A stretch of DNA of 64,000 nt, taken from Schizochytrium sp. TIO01 (Eukaryota; Protista; Bigyra: Labyrinthulomycetes). Positions 12,210-23,962 of the stretch are shown in pieces; the first letter of the stretch is position 1; every line of letters begins with the position of its first letter. Under the pieces are notes generated by a model that worked only from the letters and a program-made list of their open reading frames with translations, ran no database searches and was not told where the DNA came from. Position numbers and translations under genes: made by a program. The stretch spans positions 7,120,029 through 7,184,028 of the forward strand of contig SMSO01000014.1 of assembly GCA_004764695.1 (NCBI GenBank), in the 5' to 3' direction.

Positions 12210-13178
12210 TCATAGACTGGAAACATGACGGGATGCAGAAGCAGAGGAAGGAAGGTCACCGCGACGACATACAGTGAGAATGTGGTTACCAAACGCTCGT
12301 TGAGTATCACTCTTGAGTCCGACCTCGAAATTTGCTATATTTTCTATCCACTTTGCCATCGGATTTATTACGAGGACTCCGGAGCCCCAAAGCCCGCGTT
12401 GTAAATCTTTGCCCCGATTAGGAACCTCCTCTCGAACATCTACCCATGGCACAGCTAGTTGCGAACAGAGCGTGTTTACCATCTCCTGAGCACTTTCTCT
12501 GCCAAGAATCAGAGGGTACCACAGCGCAATGGTAATGCTCGGATCGATATGCATGTAGTCTAAAACCGCGTCCACAACTCGATCGTACTCTGTTTTCACC
12601 TCGTAAGGTGGGTCGATAAACGCCATCAAAACGTCCTCCTCAATGTTATCGGATTCAGTCTCATTGCGAATCCGCCGATCCTTTATGATCTCGCCAAGAC
12701 CTGCAAAGCCGTCATCGCACTTAATCTTTGGCGGCTCCCGCATTACATGTCGCCCCGGCGCGTTGCAATTCCACTGCAGCAGTGGAACATCTGAAGTATG
12801 CAGCTCAAAAAACGTAGCTCGGTCCTGAGAACGTAGAAGTTTGAGAGAGATCAGCGGCGAACCAGGGTACAGCACCAAATCTTGATTGAAGTCGTTACGA
12901 ACTAAATGGACGAGTTCGCCCATAGGGCCCAGGTCACTGTTCATGGGTTTCGACGCAAAGGCTTTCCATGCCTTCGCTACACCAGTCTTCCACTCATTAA
13001 TTTCCTGAGATCGGCCGCGGCGCAAAGCGTAAAGACCAGCTCCTGAGTGGGTTTCCACAAGCTGCAGAGGCTTGCTCGTTCCCCGTGTCGCTGCCCGAAG
13101 CAATGACATCAGCACTGAGTGCTTGAAGACATCACCACGGTTGCCGGCATGGAAGACGTGTCTGTACGAGAGCACCAT
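12210..13178 (-). CDS. rlmJ: RlmJ (YhiR)-family rRNA adenine-N6 methyltransferase
   Basis: LSYRH-FHAGN--DVFKH N-terminus, ETHSGAGLY SAM motif, YPGSP, catalytic DPPYE, WYP and GSG motifs, all typical of RlmJ. Confidence 0.88.
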   Translation of the reverse strand: MVLSYRHVFHAGNRGDVFKHSVLMSLLRAATRGTSKPLQLVETHSGAGLYALRRGRSQEINEWKTGVAKAWKAFASKPMNSDLGPMGELVHLVRNDFNQDLVLYPGSPLISLKLLRSQDRATFFELHTSDVPLLQWNCNAPGRHVMREPPKIKCDDGFAGLGEIIKDRRIRNETESDNIEEDVLMAFIDPPYEVKTEYDRVVDAVLDYMHIDPSITIALWYPLILGRESAQEMVNTLCSQLAVPWVDVREEVPNRGKDLQRGLWGSGVLVINPMAKWIENIANFEVGLKSDTQRAFGNHILTVCRRGDLPSSASASRHVSSL

Positions 13179-14777
13179 GGCACACGAGCAACTGAAGATG
13201 TGTCAATTAACTTGCACTAAAATATAATCACACACAAACAACCTTTGTACTGCAAACTTGGTTCTTGGTTTGGTCGTTACGTCTTGGACTTTTTCCGCCA
13301 CACGCTGCAGTAGTGCCCAAAGATAACCTATCGTTTTCCTTTCCTTTCTTTCAAGTTGAAAGAAGTTTTTCTCTCGCTTGGCTAGGCAGGTTCAAAAAGA
13401 AAAAGAAAAGAAAGAGTAAATTAAAAGTGACATTCTCTTCAAAGCATGCCACTCATATGAGAGACAGTGCCACCATCTCATGCGACCTACCTGAGCCTTG
13501 ATCGCTTGAGTAAAAAAATCACCATTGCTTCCGCACAGGTACGATTATTGTACCTACAAAAGTAAGTTAGATCAAAATGTTGGATGCTATCTCTCTCAAA
13601 GCTTTACCACTCTCATGTGATTAAATCCATCAGCGAAGAAAACCACGAGCTCCTTGCTCAAGGAAATCGAAAAAACTTGCGCTGCGAATAATCCAATAAA
13701 AGTAGTAGAAACGAGGTCTTCAGCTCCCACAACTGGGAAACAAGTAAAGAGTTTCACCTAAAAAGAGCTGGGAATACATAGTCTTAGCAGTGCGGAAAGA
13801 CCATGGAAACAAAGTCTGGTTAAAGCCATGAAGAGTAGCTGGGCCAGCTGATGCAAGCATGGCTTGTGACATCGTCGCTTCAATCAACAGTTCTCCTGAT
13901 ATGTTGGGAACAACAGTATATTTGGAAAACATCAACATGAGGAAGCATGCTATCAACTACGTTAAGGAATTTTGGTATGCACGGTGTGAGTCATGGTTTA
14001 ACAAATTTGAAGTATTCTCCATCGAGCCAGAGGTATTTCAACAAACTGCTGGAGCAAGCGTTAAGCAAGATCATCACACAAATGTTTTAAGCTCATCGCA
14101 GGAGTAGGCCAGGTACATGCATCAGTGTTAGCACTTTACGGTTGGTTCTCTGATATGGCAATCTCGCGCGTGTACTTGGAGCAAGCAGTGGCGACGGGGT
14201 CAAGAATGACTCGCGTCTGAGCAAGAGCTACTTAGATGTGTAACCAAAGCCGAATCTATTGTAATATCAAAAGAGATCAGCGAAGAATGTTGATAAAATT
14301 AGACACTTTAGAGCACCTTGCGAAATAAAAGCACGATAGTTTGTCGATTGAACAATAATTTCTTGTTCTAAGCTTGAACACAGTAGTGCTGCTAGTTTAT
14401 ACACAATGCGCACTGTACTCGTTATGAGCAATTATAAAGGCAAAATGCTTTCAAGCTTGCCAAAAACTTTGAACAAAACTGGTTATCTCAAAGTTGGCAA
14501 GGTCACGCTAGAAATGAAATATGCTACCCTCAATGATGAATGCAAGTGAGTAAAACCGCCATCAATTCCGCAAGTAAGCATACTGCAACCATAAAAGTTA
14601 ATATCCCCAAAGCTACAACTTAATGATGACTTGGAGAAATTTCACGTGATCACTCCAGTGCCAAAACGAACCTCAAAGATGGACAGTTCTAAAAGTATCA
14701 CAATTATATATACGTCATTGGCAATTATATTTACGTCATTGGCTGTACGTAAAGTATGAGTGACTTATGAGTTCCTA

Positions 14778-14848
14778 GCGTTAGTGGTTTAGTGGTAAAA
14801 TAGCTGTTTGCCATGCGGCTGCCCCGGGTTCGATTCCCGGCTGACGCT
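14778..14848 (+). tRNA. tRNA-Gly(GCC)
   Basis: Acceptor GCGTTAG/CTGACGC, D-loop AGTGGTA, anticodon loop TTGCCAT, T-loop GGTTCGATTCC, downstream T-run terminator. Confidence 0.9.
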
Positions 14849-15786
14849 TTCTTTTTTGACCTTGTTTCTGTGTTTATTATTATTATTTTTCAAATATGAC
14901 AAGTACTAGAATATATTAAGTAGCCTAGCAGGCACTATCGGAGTAGTAAAAGAGGATACATGCAGTAGTACTCTTGAATAGTAGTAGTACGTCTTAAATC
15001 GGAAAATGTTGCTAGTATTGTACAAACTCGCGTGCGATGAATTTTGATACTATGTATGGGTTACAATCTAAGTCTACTTCAAAGAAAAAAAGCTTTAGAG
15101 GAACTCTTTTTCAACACTGTTGCACTTTCATCTCATTCGACCCAGGCTCAATGAAGTTCACCCTTGAGTATGACCAAGAAAGGGCAATGTCAAAGCTGAA
15201 GTACCTACAAGGTGTTGTGCGATTTGGTTCGAAATGCTATAGCCCTTTGCTGAGATTTACAATGGAAGGGACTAGCGGACAAGACATTGGTTGCTAGGGT
15301 TCTAGGTTATCCCTGTGTACGACGTCATGGATTTAGAGCTTACTTATAATAAAATCAGACAACCAGTCCTGCATTAGAAGAGAACCCAAAAACCAAAAGC
15401 TTGCATACACATTCCTACAATCAAGCATGGTGGAATCTAAATTGATGGTTAAAGAGATGAGTGAACCTGACCTCGTCAATTGTGTCTAGAACAGATCAAG
15501 TATGTCTTCGTCTCCTAATTGCAACATGAATCAGGCTTGCTTTAAACTCAATCCCAATGATAAAAAATTGTTAATTAAAAGCCATATATTATCATGCCTT
15601 TTAAAGCCTTCTTAGAACCTTCATCGTCATAGCCAAACTCTAGCTGACCAAATTTATCTCTCATCACTTCCCTTGAGCATCTTTGACTCACTCGAGATTC
15701 TCGCACATGCTTATCTTGAAACAGGTTGTTTAGAATCACCAAAAAACTCAAGCGACATAGCGTGCGAATACAAAACAAAGTCTTAG

Positions 15787-17841
15787 TTACTGTTTACGTT
15801 CTAGTTCTTTCTGGAGGTAGCTGATTTCCCCTTCAGCCCACTTTGCAAAGTCATCAGGATTCATATCCTCCTTAAATTCAGCCTCACCAAAGCCGATAAA
15901 CATTGGCTTCTTGCCTTTCTCATGATTGCACATAATATTGCGCCGATCTATATCGCCATGTAAAATCCCAAGTGAGTGAATCGACTTGAGAGCAGCTACC
16001 GCCTCTTCCTTAAACTTATCCGTAAGGTCGTCATCTGTAACGTGCTCGCCTGCAAAACTTAAACCAAGCCCGTACATGAACCCATCTTGAAACAATCCAA
16101 GACCAAGAAACTCTGGTACACACTTGCCTTGAAGCGGAAGCAAGGAATCGTAAACGATAGCTTCGAATCTGAGATGGTCGACGAAATACGATTCCTTGAA
16201 AGTATCGAGCAACTTTAGTACAGCATCTACATTACCTTTAGTTGCATGCGGAATTTTACAGCGGGAAATCCTTCCCGGTTCACCTTCCCAACGAAACCAG
16301 CCAAGGAACTTGTCGTCTTTCAGTTGGTGCAAAGATGTCCAATCAGACCGAGGTGGGATTTTTTTATCTGGAGAGGGGGGAAGCCCGTAGAACTCTGTGT
16401 CAGGTACTTCGAGACTGAAGACATAATCGTCATCGTTGGTATCCTGGTTAATTTCCTTGTAAACATCGTTTTCAGCCTCGCAGCCCATGGGTAGCTTTTC
16501 ATGTCTACACTCACTAGAGCAGGGCGTAAGGAGCGTCCCTTCGCTGTTTGTAAATTCTGGTACGCGGTCCTCTTTTGCAATCATAATACCCAGTGCCAGA
16601 AGTTGTGCTGCACTTAGACAGTTTCTGTCAATATCCCCCACGGCATCACATTTAACAGATGGTGTAATTAGCAGATTGCCAGCGCAATCACGAAAGAACA
16701 GAGCCGTATCGAAGTAGTTCGAGTAGATACCTACTAGAGACTTGTTGCATAGCATCCAAGTGTACAATTTACGAATCACTGAGAACCTCGAATGACGTTG
16801 TGACGTGCAATCGACATCACGACAGTCATGATTGCAGTATTCATCAGAAAGATCAACGTGATGGAATTCAGGTCTTTCAAGTGCACCAATGACCCAAGGT
16901 TTAAATTGATCCACATAGGGTTCTAAACCAATTGCAAAATCCACTGGGCCCCGTGTTTCGGTGTAGTCTCCAAAACGGTGGTTTGATGTGTCGGGGACTT
17001 GCTCAATTCCTCCGTCTTGAAGGATTTCAAGTACTGCTCCCAAGAGAATAGACATATGTGGGATTATTGAAGATGCACCTGCGGTACTTATATCCTTGAG
17101 GTACTGTATTGAGGATTCTAGCGAAATCGTGGTTCGGCTTGCCTGTAAAGTTTCGATGTACCCAGCATCACGACAGTAGTTTAGTAAAGTTTTCATCTCC
17201 AATTTACGAACATGCATGGGTGACGCATGGTTTTCAGAAGTATCAGTGGAGCACTTTACTTGTAACTCTTTACGAGGCAACTGGGGAGTTGCACTGGAGA
17301 GTGCCTGGAATACTGAGCTTTCATTATTATGAAAGGAATTATATGCAGACTCGCTCCTACGAATTCCATAGAGGCTCTCATACATGTCCGTTTCGTTTGT
17401 TATTATTTCCTTCTGAATGTACCTGAGTCTTATATCGAGACGCGCACCTCTTTTCTCGGCGCATCGAATCTGCGAGCATAAGTCCATTGCAGATTCCAAA
17501 CATTCTCTTTCAAGTCTGGAGTGCTCTTCAGGTTGCTCTTCCATATCTTTCTTAGTTCCGGACCGTTCAGAACGCAGCTCACTTCGGGTGAGCGCACAGT
17601 CTTCATTGGGGGGATTCTCCAGAATTCTCTTCCTAAGTCTTGCAATATCTTTTGTACAGGATATGCGTTTGGCCTTTAGGTTCTCGAACTTTGCGACATC
17701 GCTAGAATGCACAGATATCGAATGTCTTAAGACACGGTCTTCGGCATACGACACTTTTGAGCTAGCGGAGCGTGTATTCACACGCCCTACCCAGGTCCTG
17801 GGCAATGGGGGGGGCGAGCTGATTGTGACAAACCGCCTCAT
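15787..17841 (-). CDS. Restriction-endonuclease-like fold plus C-terminal atypical (RIO/Bud32-like) kinase; probable pseudokinase
   Basis: Paralogue of 20533-22947 (RKLYTWM, FFRDCAGNLLITP, QLLAL-IMIA, LQGKCVPEFLG). HGDIDRRNI catalytic loop is present but DFG reads GFG. Likely ATG at 17841, because the upstream part of the ORF is AT-rich. Confidence 0.75.
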   Translation of the reverse strand: MRRFVTISSPPPLPRTWVGRVNTRSASSKVSYAEDRVLRHSISVHSSDVAKFENLKAKRISCTKDIARLRKRILENPPNEDCALTRSELRSERSGTKKDMEEQPEEHSRLERECLESAMDLCSQIRCAEKRGARLDIRLRYIQKEIITNETDMYESLYGIRRSESAYNSFHNNESSVFQALSSATPQLPRKELQVKCSTDTSENHASPMHVRKLEMKTLLNYCRDAGYIETLQASRTTISLESSIQYLKDISTAGASSIIPHMSILLGAVLEILQDGGIEQVPDTSNHRFGDYTETRGPVDFAIGLEPYVDQFKPWVIGALERPEFHHVDLSDEYCNHDCRDVDCTSQRHSRFSVIRKLYTWMLCNKSLVGIYSNYFDTALFFRDCAGNLLITPSVKCDAVGDIDRNCLSAAQLLALGIMIAKEDRVPEFTNSEGTLLTPCSSECRHEKLPMGCEAENDVYKEINQDTNDDDYVFSLEVPDTEFYGLPPSPDKKIPPRSDWTSLHQLKDDKFLGWFRWEGEPGRISRCKIPHATKGNVDAVLKLLDTFKESYFVDHLRFEAIVYDSLLPLQGKCVPEFLGLGLFQDGFMYGLGLSFAGEHVTDDDLTDKFKEEAVAALKSIHSLGILHGDIDRRNIMCNHEKGKKPMFIGFGEAEFKEDMNPDDFAKWAEGEISYLQKELERKQ

Positions 17842-20532
17842 GGCTTGAATTGAAGCTAATTTGGGGTTTGCTTTCTGCAGGTGCTGCCAACAAATTGTTC
17901 TAGCTATTTCTTTTTTTTTTAATCGAAATTTATCAACTTGAATTTGAATGATTATTAAAATATATATTAATTTAAAAGACATTGATTTTAGTTTGAAATG
18001 TTATTCACAAGGTACACTATTATTTTTAATCAGATTTAAAAAAACAATTTAATTTTTTTTTAAGGTTTAATGTATATAATATACGCCTATATGCTGATGC
18101 AAATCGTGAAATGTTGTATTTACCATACTGCAGTCGGTTTACGCTTTTAATCTCTCCGACTAAATCTACAATACGCGGGGCCAGTCGAGAGTATACTACT
18201 AGGCAGTCCTAATAGCTCGGACCTCATTATATGAGGTACTCTTTTTGTTTTGTTTTTTATTTACAGGTGCCTTTTTTCTATCTTCTAAATATTTTATTTT
18301 TATTTTTTAAAATTAAGAGTTAGGCAGTAACTCAAACCACAGCAATCACGCACTACCCGGCAAGAGCAAAGCTAAAAGATGTTCTATTTCAACCCAAGGA
18401 GTTGACTCTGACAAGTGAGAGCGTGGTTAACTTGTTACCTCTGACTAGTGAGAGCGCCTTCGCCGTTATCCCCAAATGCTTCTGTTCTGAATAACAAGAA
18501 TGACAATCTTTATACGAAGCCTCTCTAGACGACCAATAGTGCGCTAGTGCAGAGTACTCCTCGAGAGGTTGCGTGTGTGTATGCCATGCGCATTTTCTCC
18601 ACCGTGTTGTTGCTTGTGATGACGTCGAGTGGGCATCTTTAAAAAAGAAAAATGTTTTAATTTTATGAATTAAAAAAATAATAAAGAATAAAAAAGAGAT
18701 GTCGTAGCTTTCTTTTTGTCTGCCGGCTACTAGATCTTGTAAGATTCCCCAAACTCAACGTGAGGTTTAACATAATTTCAGATTAGGTAGGAAGGAAGGC
18801 CTATCAAAAACACTGGGAGATTGAATGCAAATTTTGGAAAGAAAAAAGAAAGAAAGAAAACTTGAATGTCTGCAGACAGGGAACAATGTTTACAACTTTT
18901 AATAGGAAATAGTTTTCTTTACTTTTCAAACTGTAAAGACTTTGTCTTCTTTTCAACGTAGGTGTGCATTTTCCTCCCGAGGGAGGGACTTGAGCTACCC
19001 AATTGGGAATCCTGATGTGCCTTCTGGTAGAGTATGCAGAGCTGTTGCAGCATGGGCAATACCTAATGAGTGAGCTCAACACTCAATTGCTTATTAAGAT
19101 AGTGGCCCTGGCAAATGGAACTCGAACGCACAAATAGCGTCAGCGCCCTTGAACTTATGAGTTGTCGGACGTGCACTTGTCACGAACGAAAGACTTTTGA
19201 AAGTCAAGGACTCGAAAAGTACAACCAAATTCATAAAGCCAGTGTTCGTGAATCAATGGCCATATCATGTGGGCGGGTTGAATTATTTCTGACTCTCTAG
19301 AATTCAAACACGAAGGACACTTACTGACAGTGTCTATGTTGACTGGACTTTGACCTTCTAATTTAGTGACTTAAAGGACCTAAGTTTAATTGAGAATTTC
19401 TGCAAAATTCGTAAAAACGAGTTAATGTATAGCAACGCAGATCTGATGTTTGGTACAGGCTCCTTTGACAATCGCCCTTTTAAAAAAAGAAAAGAATAAA
19501 AGAATAAAGAGAGAATCAGTGAAAGGGAGAGTCTTAATTCGGCAACGTCATTCAGAATATGCGCTACTCAATCTTTATAATCATGCTTGGAGTGAATGAA
19601 GGACTTGAATTAGATTTTAATTATAAAGTTATACTCAAAAGTAGTCTAGTCGAAAAAGGTCGAGCTTTATTTAAAACTTAATTTTAAATTAAATGAAACA
19701 AATTCTTGTTTTAAAAAAAATAATTAAAAGTGTTGAGAGGTGACATTGAACATAAGCTTCTTCTCTTCAATTAATTGCTTTTGAGATCGCCCGATCACTC
19801 ACTCCCACCAATTTGAAGACGTCTTATCAGAGATGAAATGAATCAGGATGAGGGGAAACCAGAACTGGGAATGGTAGGGAAAGGGGGTTCAAGGAGAGGG
19901 CAAATTCTCATTTCGAAAAAGGAAGTACCCTCGAAAACAATAAAGTCGAGAGAAAGAAAATTTGCGGTCGGCCATCTTAGATGTCACCTCTGAAAAAGTT
20001 TTACTTTTGTCATTTCATTTCTTTCGAGGTAAAAGATTTTCGATCTCTCTTCCCTTAAAAAGATTTTTGAGGTACGCAAATGGAAAGATCGCTTTCGGGT
20101 TCTGGTAAAGCTGAAAGGGGGAAAGGACAATCACGCTTGCTCAACCAAAACGAGTGTCCCTCTCAAATTGAAGCACGCGTAATCGACATGTTTGGATTTC
20201 CATCGATCGAGCACGTCGCGTGTTATTCTGAGCTCTGTTGGTCTGGCTAGATCTAGGATGCGTAATCTCTTGTTGAGTGAAAGTGGGTGTTTTTCGTTGC
20301 AGGTAAATCCGGAATTCTGTCAGCACGTGCAGAGTTGAAGAAGATAAAACAAGGATGGCTCTGCGCCCCGAGAAGCCGTCGAATCTCGTACGGAGACCTT
20401 CAACGAGGTCTATCGTTGGTGCTTTTGAGAGAGTGTTGACTGTTTCTCGGAATTTGCAAGAGAAAATTGGTGAATTGGCTTCGAAATTGAAGGTTCTCGA
20501 GGCACGAAATTCGACCTTCCATTAGTCCTTCC

Positions 20533-22947
20533 TTGGCCCTGGCCATTGATGCTGCAGTGAGAGGAGACGAAAAAGCACAGAAGATTGCACGAGAGAGTGA
20601 ATTCAAAGTTCCTCTGTGTCAGAAAAGGGCGGTCGCGGCGTATACAGCGGCAAGCCACTCTCTCTTTCGTGTCCTTGCAGACACTGCAGCACTGGAGGAA
20701 ACAAAGACAGAGTGTGCACTCTTAGTCTATCAGGCACTCTCCCTTTTCCAAGTTGTTGAAGGTAAGCAAAACCCGAACACGATTGATAGGCCGTCCATTA
20801 GTGAAATCGTTAAGAGTGTGAAAGGGCTTGAAACGAGGCAAGAAGAAGAAGAAGAAGAAGAAGAAGAAGAAAAGGAGAAAGCAATGCCCTTTCCTCGTCT
20901 CTCAAGAAAGAAAGCCAAGCACGGCTTGTCTGCGCCCCTTCACGCGAAAGGGGACGGGACCACTCGGGATCAACGTGTTGGAAAGGCGGGAGACGAGGAG
21001 GAAGACACAGGTGGACTCGAGACAATCCTTGGAGCAATGGCGACAAGCAACCGAGACAACGCGGGGGGCAGTGGTGCGCGTTTCGATATTGTCCGCTTTG
21101 AGAGACGTCTAGAGGTGCAACAGGCTAGACTTCGAGAACTTGAAAATGATTTGAAAGAGCTGAAAAAGGAGCTACCTGACGGTGCTGCTCTTGTCCTTGT
21201 TGATGTTTTAAATGGGGACGTTACGTTTGAGAATGCAAAAGAAGACGTGAGGGAAAATACGAATTTAGAGAATCGAGAAAAAGGTTCTTTTCTTGGAGCT
21301 CTGCGCATAGCTTCTGATATGAAGGAAGCCCGGCTAGAAATCAAGGAGACAAAAGGAAAGATTAGAGAATTTGAGTCTGGAGGCGGTGAAGAAGGAGACA
21401 GCAATTGGCACTTCTCCGGATCAGTTTGGGAAGCCCTTGGGTGCGCTTTACCTGAAATTACTCACGATCCTTCTTTACCCGTATCAAACACGAATATCTC
21501 AAATACGGATAACTATCCTTTTGCCCCGAAGACTGTCCAGGGGATTGACTGGGATAATTTCATGGCATACTGCGCAGATAAAGGACATTTGGAAAAACTT
21601 CAGCAAGAATCAACTAATGAAAGTGTTGGTGATTTACTTGAGAGGTCAATGCGCTCTCTTTATATAAAGTCTGAGAGTTCCGTTGGACTTTGTTTTTCAC
21701 AAGTTTTCCAAGCAGTCATCTCTACTCTAGACTTCATTCCAAAAAACCTCCGCTACACGTCTGACAAGTCCTCGACGGGTGGTCTTCGACCAGATTTTAT
21801 TATTGGTACCGTCAGAGATGGGGTTACAGTACCTATAAATCCCTTGCTTGTGGGTGAACTGAAGAGTTACAGTTCAGATTCTGAACCATTTTATTTCCGT
21901 TGGTGTGAAAGGGATGGACATGACCCTGAACGATGCCCTAATCGTGCTCATTCTGAGAGGCACACGAATGTGTCCCCAATTAGACAGTTGTATAACTACA
22001 TGGTCGACTCTGGCAAGTTTGTTGGTGTTTACTCCCACTATGGCTGTACTGCGGCATTCTTCCGTGACTGTAAAGGCACTCTTGTTACAACACCGATGCT
22101 CCCTGACGACTCTGCTCCAATGAGCGTGCCACAGTTGCTCGCCTTGGTTATCATGATTGCCATGTCTGAGGAGGTGCCGGAATTTTACGACGGTAAAAGG
22201 CCCATTTTGGTGCCATGCGAAGGTACAAGCAGTTGCAAAGGTGTCAATCATCACCATACCAGTCTACCTGATGACTGTAAGTGGGCAGAGGACGATCTCA
22301 AGCGTAGCGCTAAACCTAGAACAGGAGCCACTGCAACGAGAAGGGCGGCGAACAAGTCCCTTTACAAAAAGCATGACACTCCCATCACCTGGGGTGATCT
22401 CTACAACTGCAAGTACATTTCTGACTGCTACACAGGTAACGCAGTTGAGTGTGAGATCATGGGCGAGCGAGCAGTGGTTAAATACAACGATTTCGGCGAT
22501 CACGAAGATGCTGATGAGCGTCTTGACCAGATTGATTTTGAAGCTGAAGTCTACGCAAACTTGTCTGACTTGCAGGGGGATTGTATTCCCAAATACCTGG
22601 GCCATGGCTCCATTACCGATACTGATGGATCCCAGTATGGTTTTGCTACCTCTTATGCAGGCGAGTCACTCTCGTATGAATCTCTTGATTCTCTCACTGA
22701 AGAGTTCAAGACAAGCGTCAAGGATGCCCTAGACAAGATACACGCGCGTGGTGTTTTACATGGCGACCTGAGACTTCCGAACATCCTGAAGTCGAAGGAC
22801 GATCCCGAGAAGGCAGTTTTTATCGACTTCAGTCATTCAGGGATCTATGACGACCCTGATGATCAGTTCTTTCAAGACCACGCAAGGCTTGAGAAGGAGA
22901 ACCTCGTCAAGCTCTTGAAAGGCGAAAAAATCAAACAAGTTTTTTGA
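20533..22947 (+). CDS. Coiled-coil + PD-(D/E)xK nuclease-like + atypical protein kinase (Crinkler-type REase-kinase architecture)
   Basis: RPDF...VGELK nuclease-like motif, RQLYNYM helix, VVK, LQGDCIPKYLGHG, HGDLRLPNIL and FIDF. The start is uncertain: first in-frame ATG at 20884, with an out-of-frame upstream ORF from 20355. Confidence 0.8.
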   Translation: MALAIDAAVRGDEKAQKIARESEFKVPLCQKRAVAAYTAASHSLFRVLADTAALEETKTECALLVYQALSLFQVVEGKQNPNTIDRPSISEIVKSVKGLETRQEEEEEEEEEEKEKAMPFPRLSRKKAKHGLSAPLHAKGDGTTRDQRVGKAGDEEEDTGGLETILGAMATSNRDNAGGSGARFDIVRFERRLEVQQARLRELENDLKELKKELPDGAALVLVDVLNGDVTFENAKEDVRENTNLENREKGSFLGALRIASDMKEARLEIKETKGKIREFESGGGEEGDSNWHFSGSVWEALGCALPEITHDPSLPVSNTNISNTDNYPFAPKTVQGIDWDNFMAYCADKGHLEKLQQESTNESVGDLLERSMRSLYIKSESSVGLCFSQVFQAVISTLDFIPKNLRYTSDKSSTGGLRPDFIIGTVRDGVTVPINPLLVGELKSYSSDSEPFYFRWCERDGHDPERCPNRAHSERHTNVSPIRQLYNYMVDSGKFVGVYSHYGCTAAFFRDCKGTLVTTPMLPDDSAPMSVPQLLALVIMIAMSEEVPEFYDGKRPILVPCEGTSSCKGVNHHHTSLPDDCKWAEDDLKRSAKPRTGATATRRAANKSLYKKHDTPITWGDLYNCKYISDCYTGNAVECEIMGERAVVKYNDFGDHEDADERLDQIDFEAEVYANLSDLQGDCIPKYLGHGSITDTDGSQYGFATSYAGESLSYESLDSLTEEFKTSVKDALDKIHARGVLHGDLRLPNILKSKDDPEKAVFIDFSHSGIYDDPDDQFFQDHARLEKENLVKLLKGEKIKQVF

Positions 22948-23047
22948 ACACTCACAAGTTAATAACCCCTAACTCATGAAAAGAAGAAGAAGAAATAATC
23001 AATGTTTGTTTTGTTTCCAATCCATTTTATAATAAAATGCTACTTAG

Positions 23048-23163
23048 TTAGGTTACGGAGAGGATCTCTCGCAAGTGATTTTCCACTGCAGAACTTGTGT
23101 ACTCACTGAACCGCCGCTTGTCTTTGGATTGATGGCAAGTTTCGAACAATGCCAACGGATCCA

Positions 23164-23204
<41 letters not shown>

Positions 23205-23806
23205 ACTTTAGTCGCTTCGGCGTAGTCTTGGGAGGGTCCAAGCAATGGAATTGGGCCCGGGACAAAGGAGTTAAGTAGCCACGAAAAGAGCACACGAGCG
23301 GTCCTTCCATTGCCAAATGCAAAGGGTTTGAGAAACAGGAACCTTGCTGTGAATTCTGTCGCAACGTGCAAAGCATCTTGCAATGCGGCGGCTTCTACAT
23401 CTTTTACATCTTGCTTTCCTGTGATCGAGAAAGGTGTGGTTTGGTATTTTATAATGAGATTCCTCAGTGCACGATCAAGAAGCCCAGGGGTTGGATGAAC
23501 AAGAGGAATTCTTGTCAAATCACAGGTAATTTGGTGACGCCTGAATGAGAATGCGGATGCACTTCGCAATTTGCTGCTGCTGTGGGGCTGGCCGAGGATG
23601 ATTGCGTTAAGTTTGCAGAGAAACGAAAAGGAAAGGCCGCCATCATAATGCATTGCGAACTTGTAAGCTTCAACGAGGTTGGTTCTGTTTTTTTCTTCGG
23701 TTTCCAGGGCTACTCGCTGTAAAAACCAAGTTATCAAGGGGCCGTTTTGCAGTTCGCAGCGACTCCTTGCTTCTCGCGCTAGTTCACTCAAGTCAAGGCC
23801 GGTCAT
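23048..23806 (-). CDS. Fic/Fido-domain protein with variant active-site motif
   Basis: FLFLKPFAFGNGRTARVL matches HPFx(D/E)GNGRxxR except H>K and D/E>F. Upstream LCKLNAIILG...KLR fits the Fido core. Poly-Ala comes from a (GCT)n tract. Confidence 0.8.
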
Positions 23807-23962
23807 TTTTCTGTTGTTGTTTTGTTTTGTTTGTAGATTTGCTTGGTTGATGAAAGAAGTGCAGAGAAAATTAAATTTGTTCGTTCTTCTTCTTGATTTG
23901 ACTATTTTCTAATGAATAAAAGCGCGTTGGTTTTTTTTGTTGCTTCCTTGTTATATATTAAA

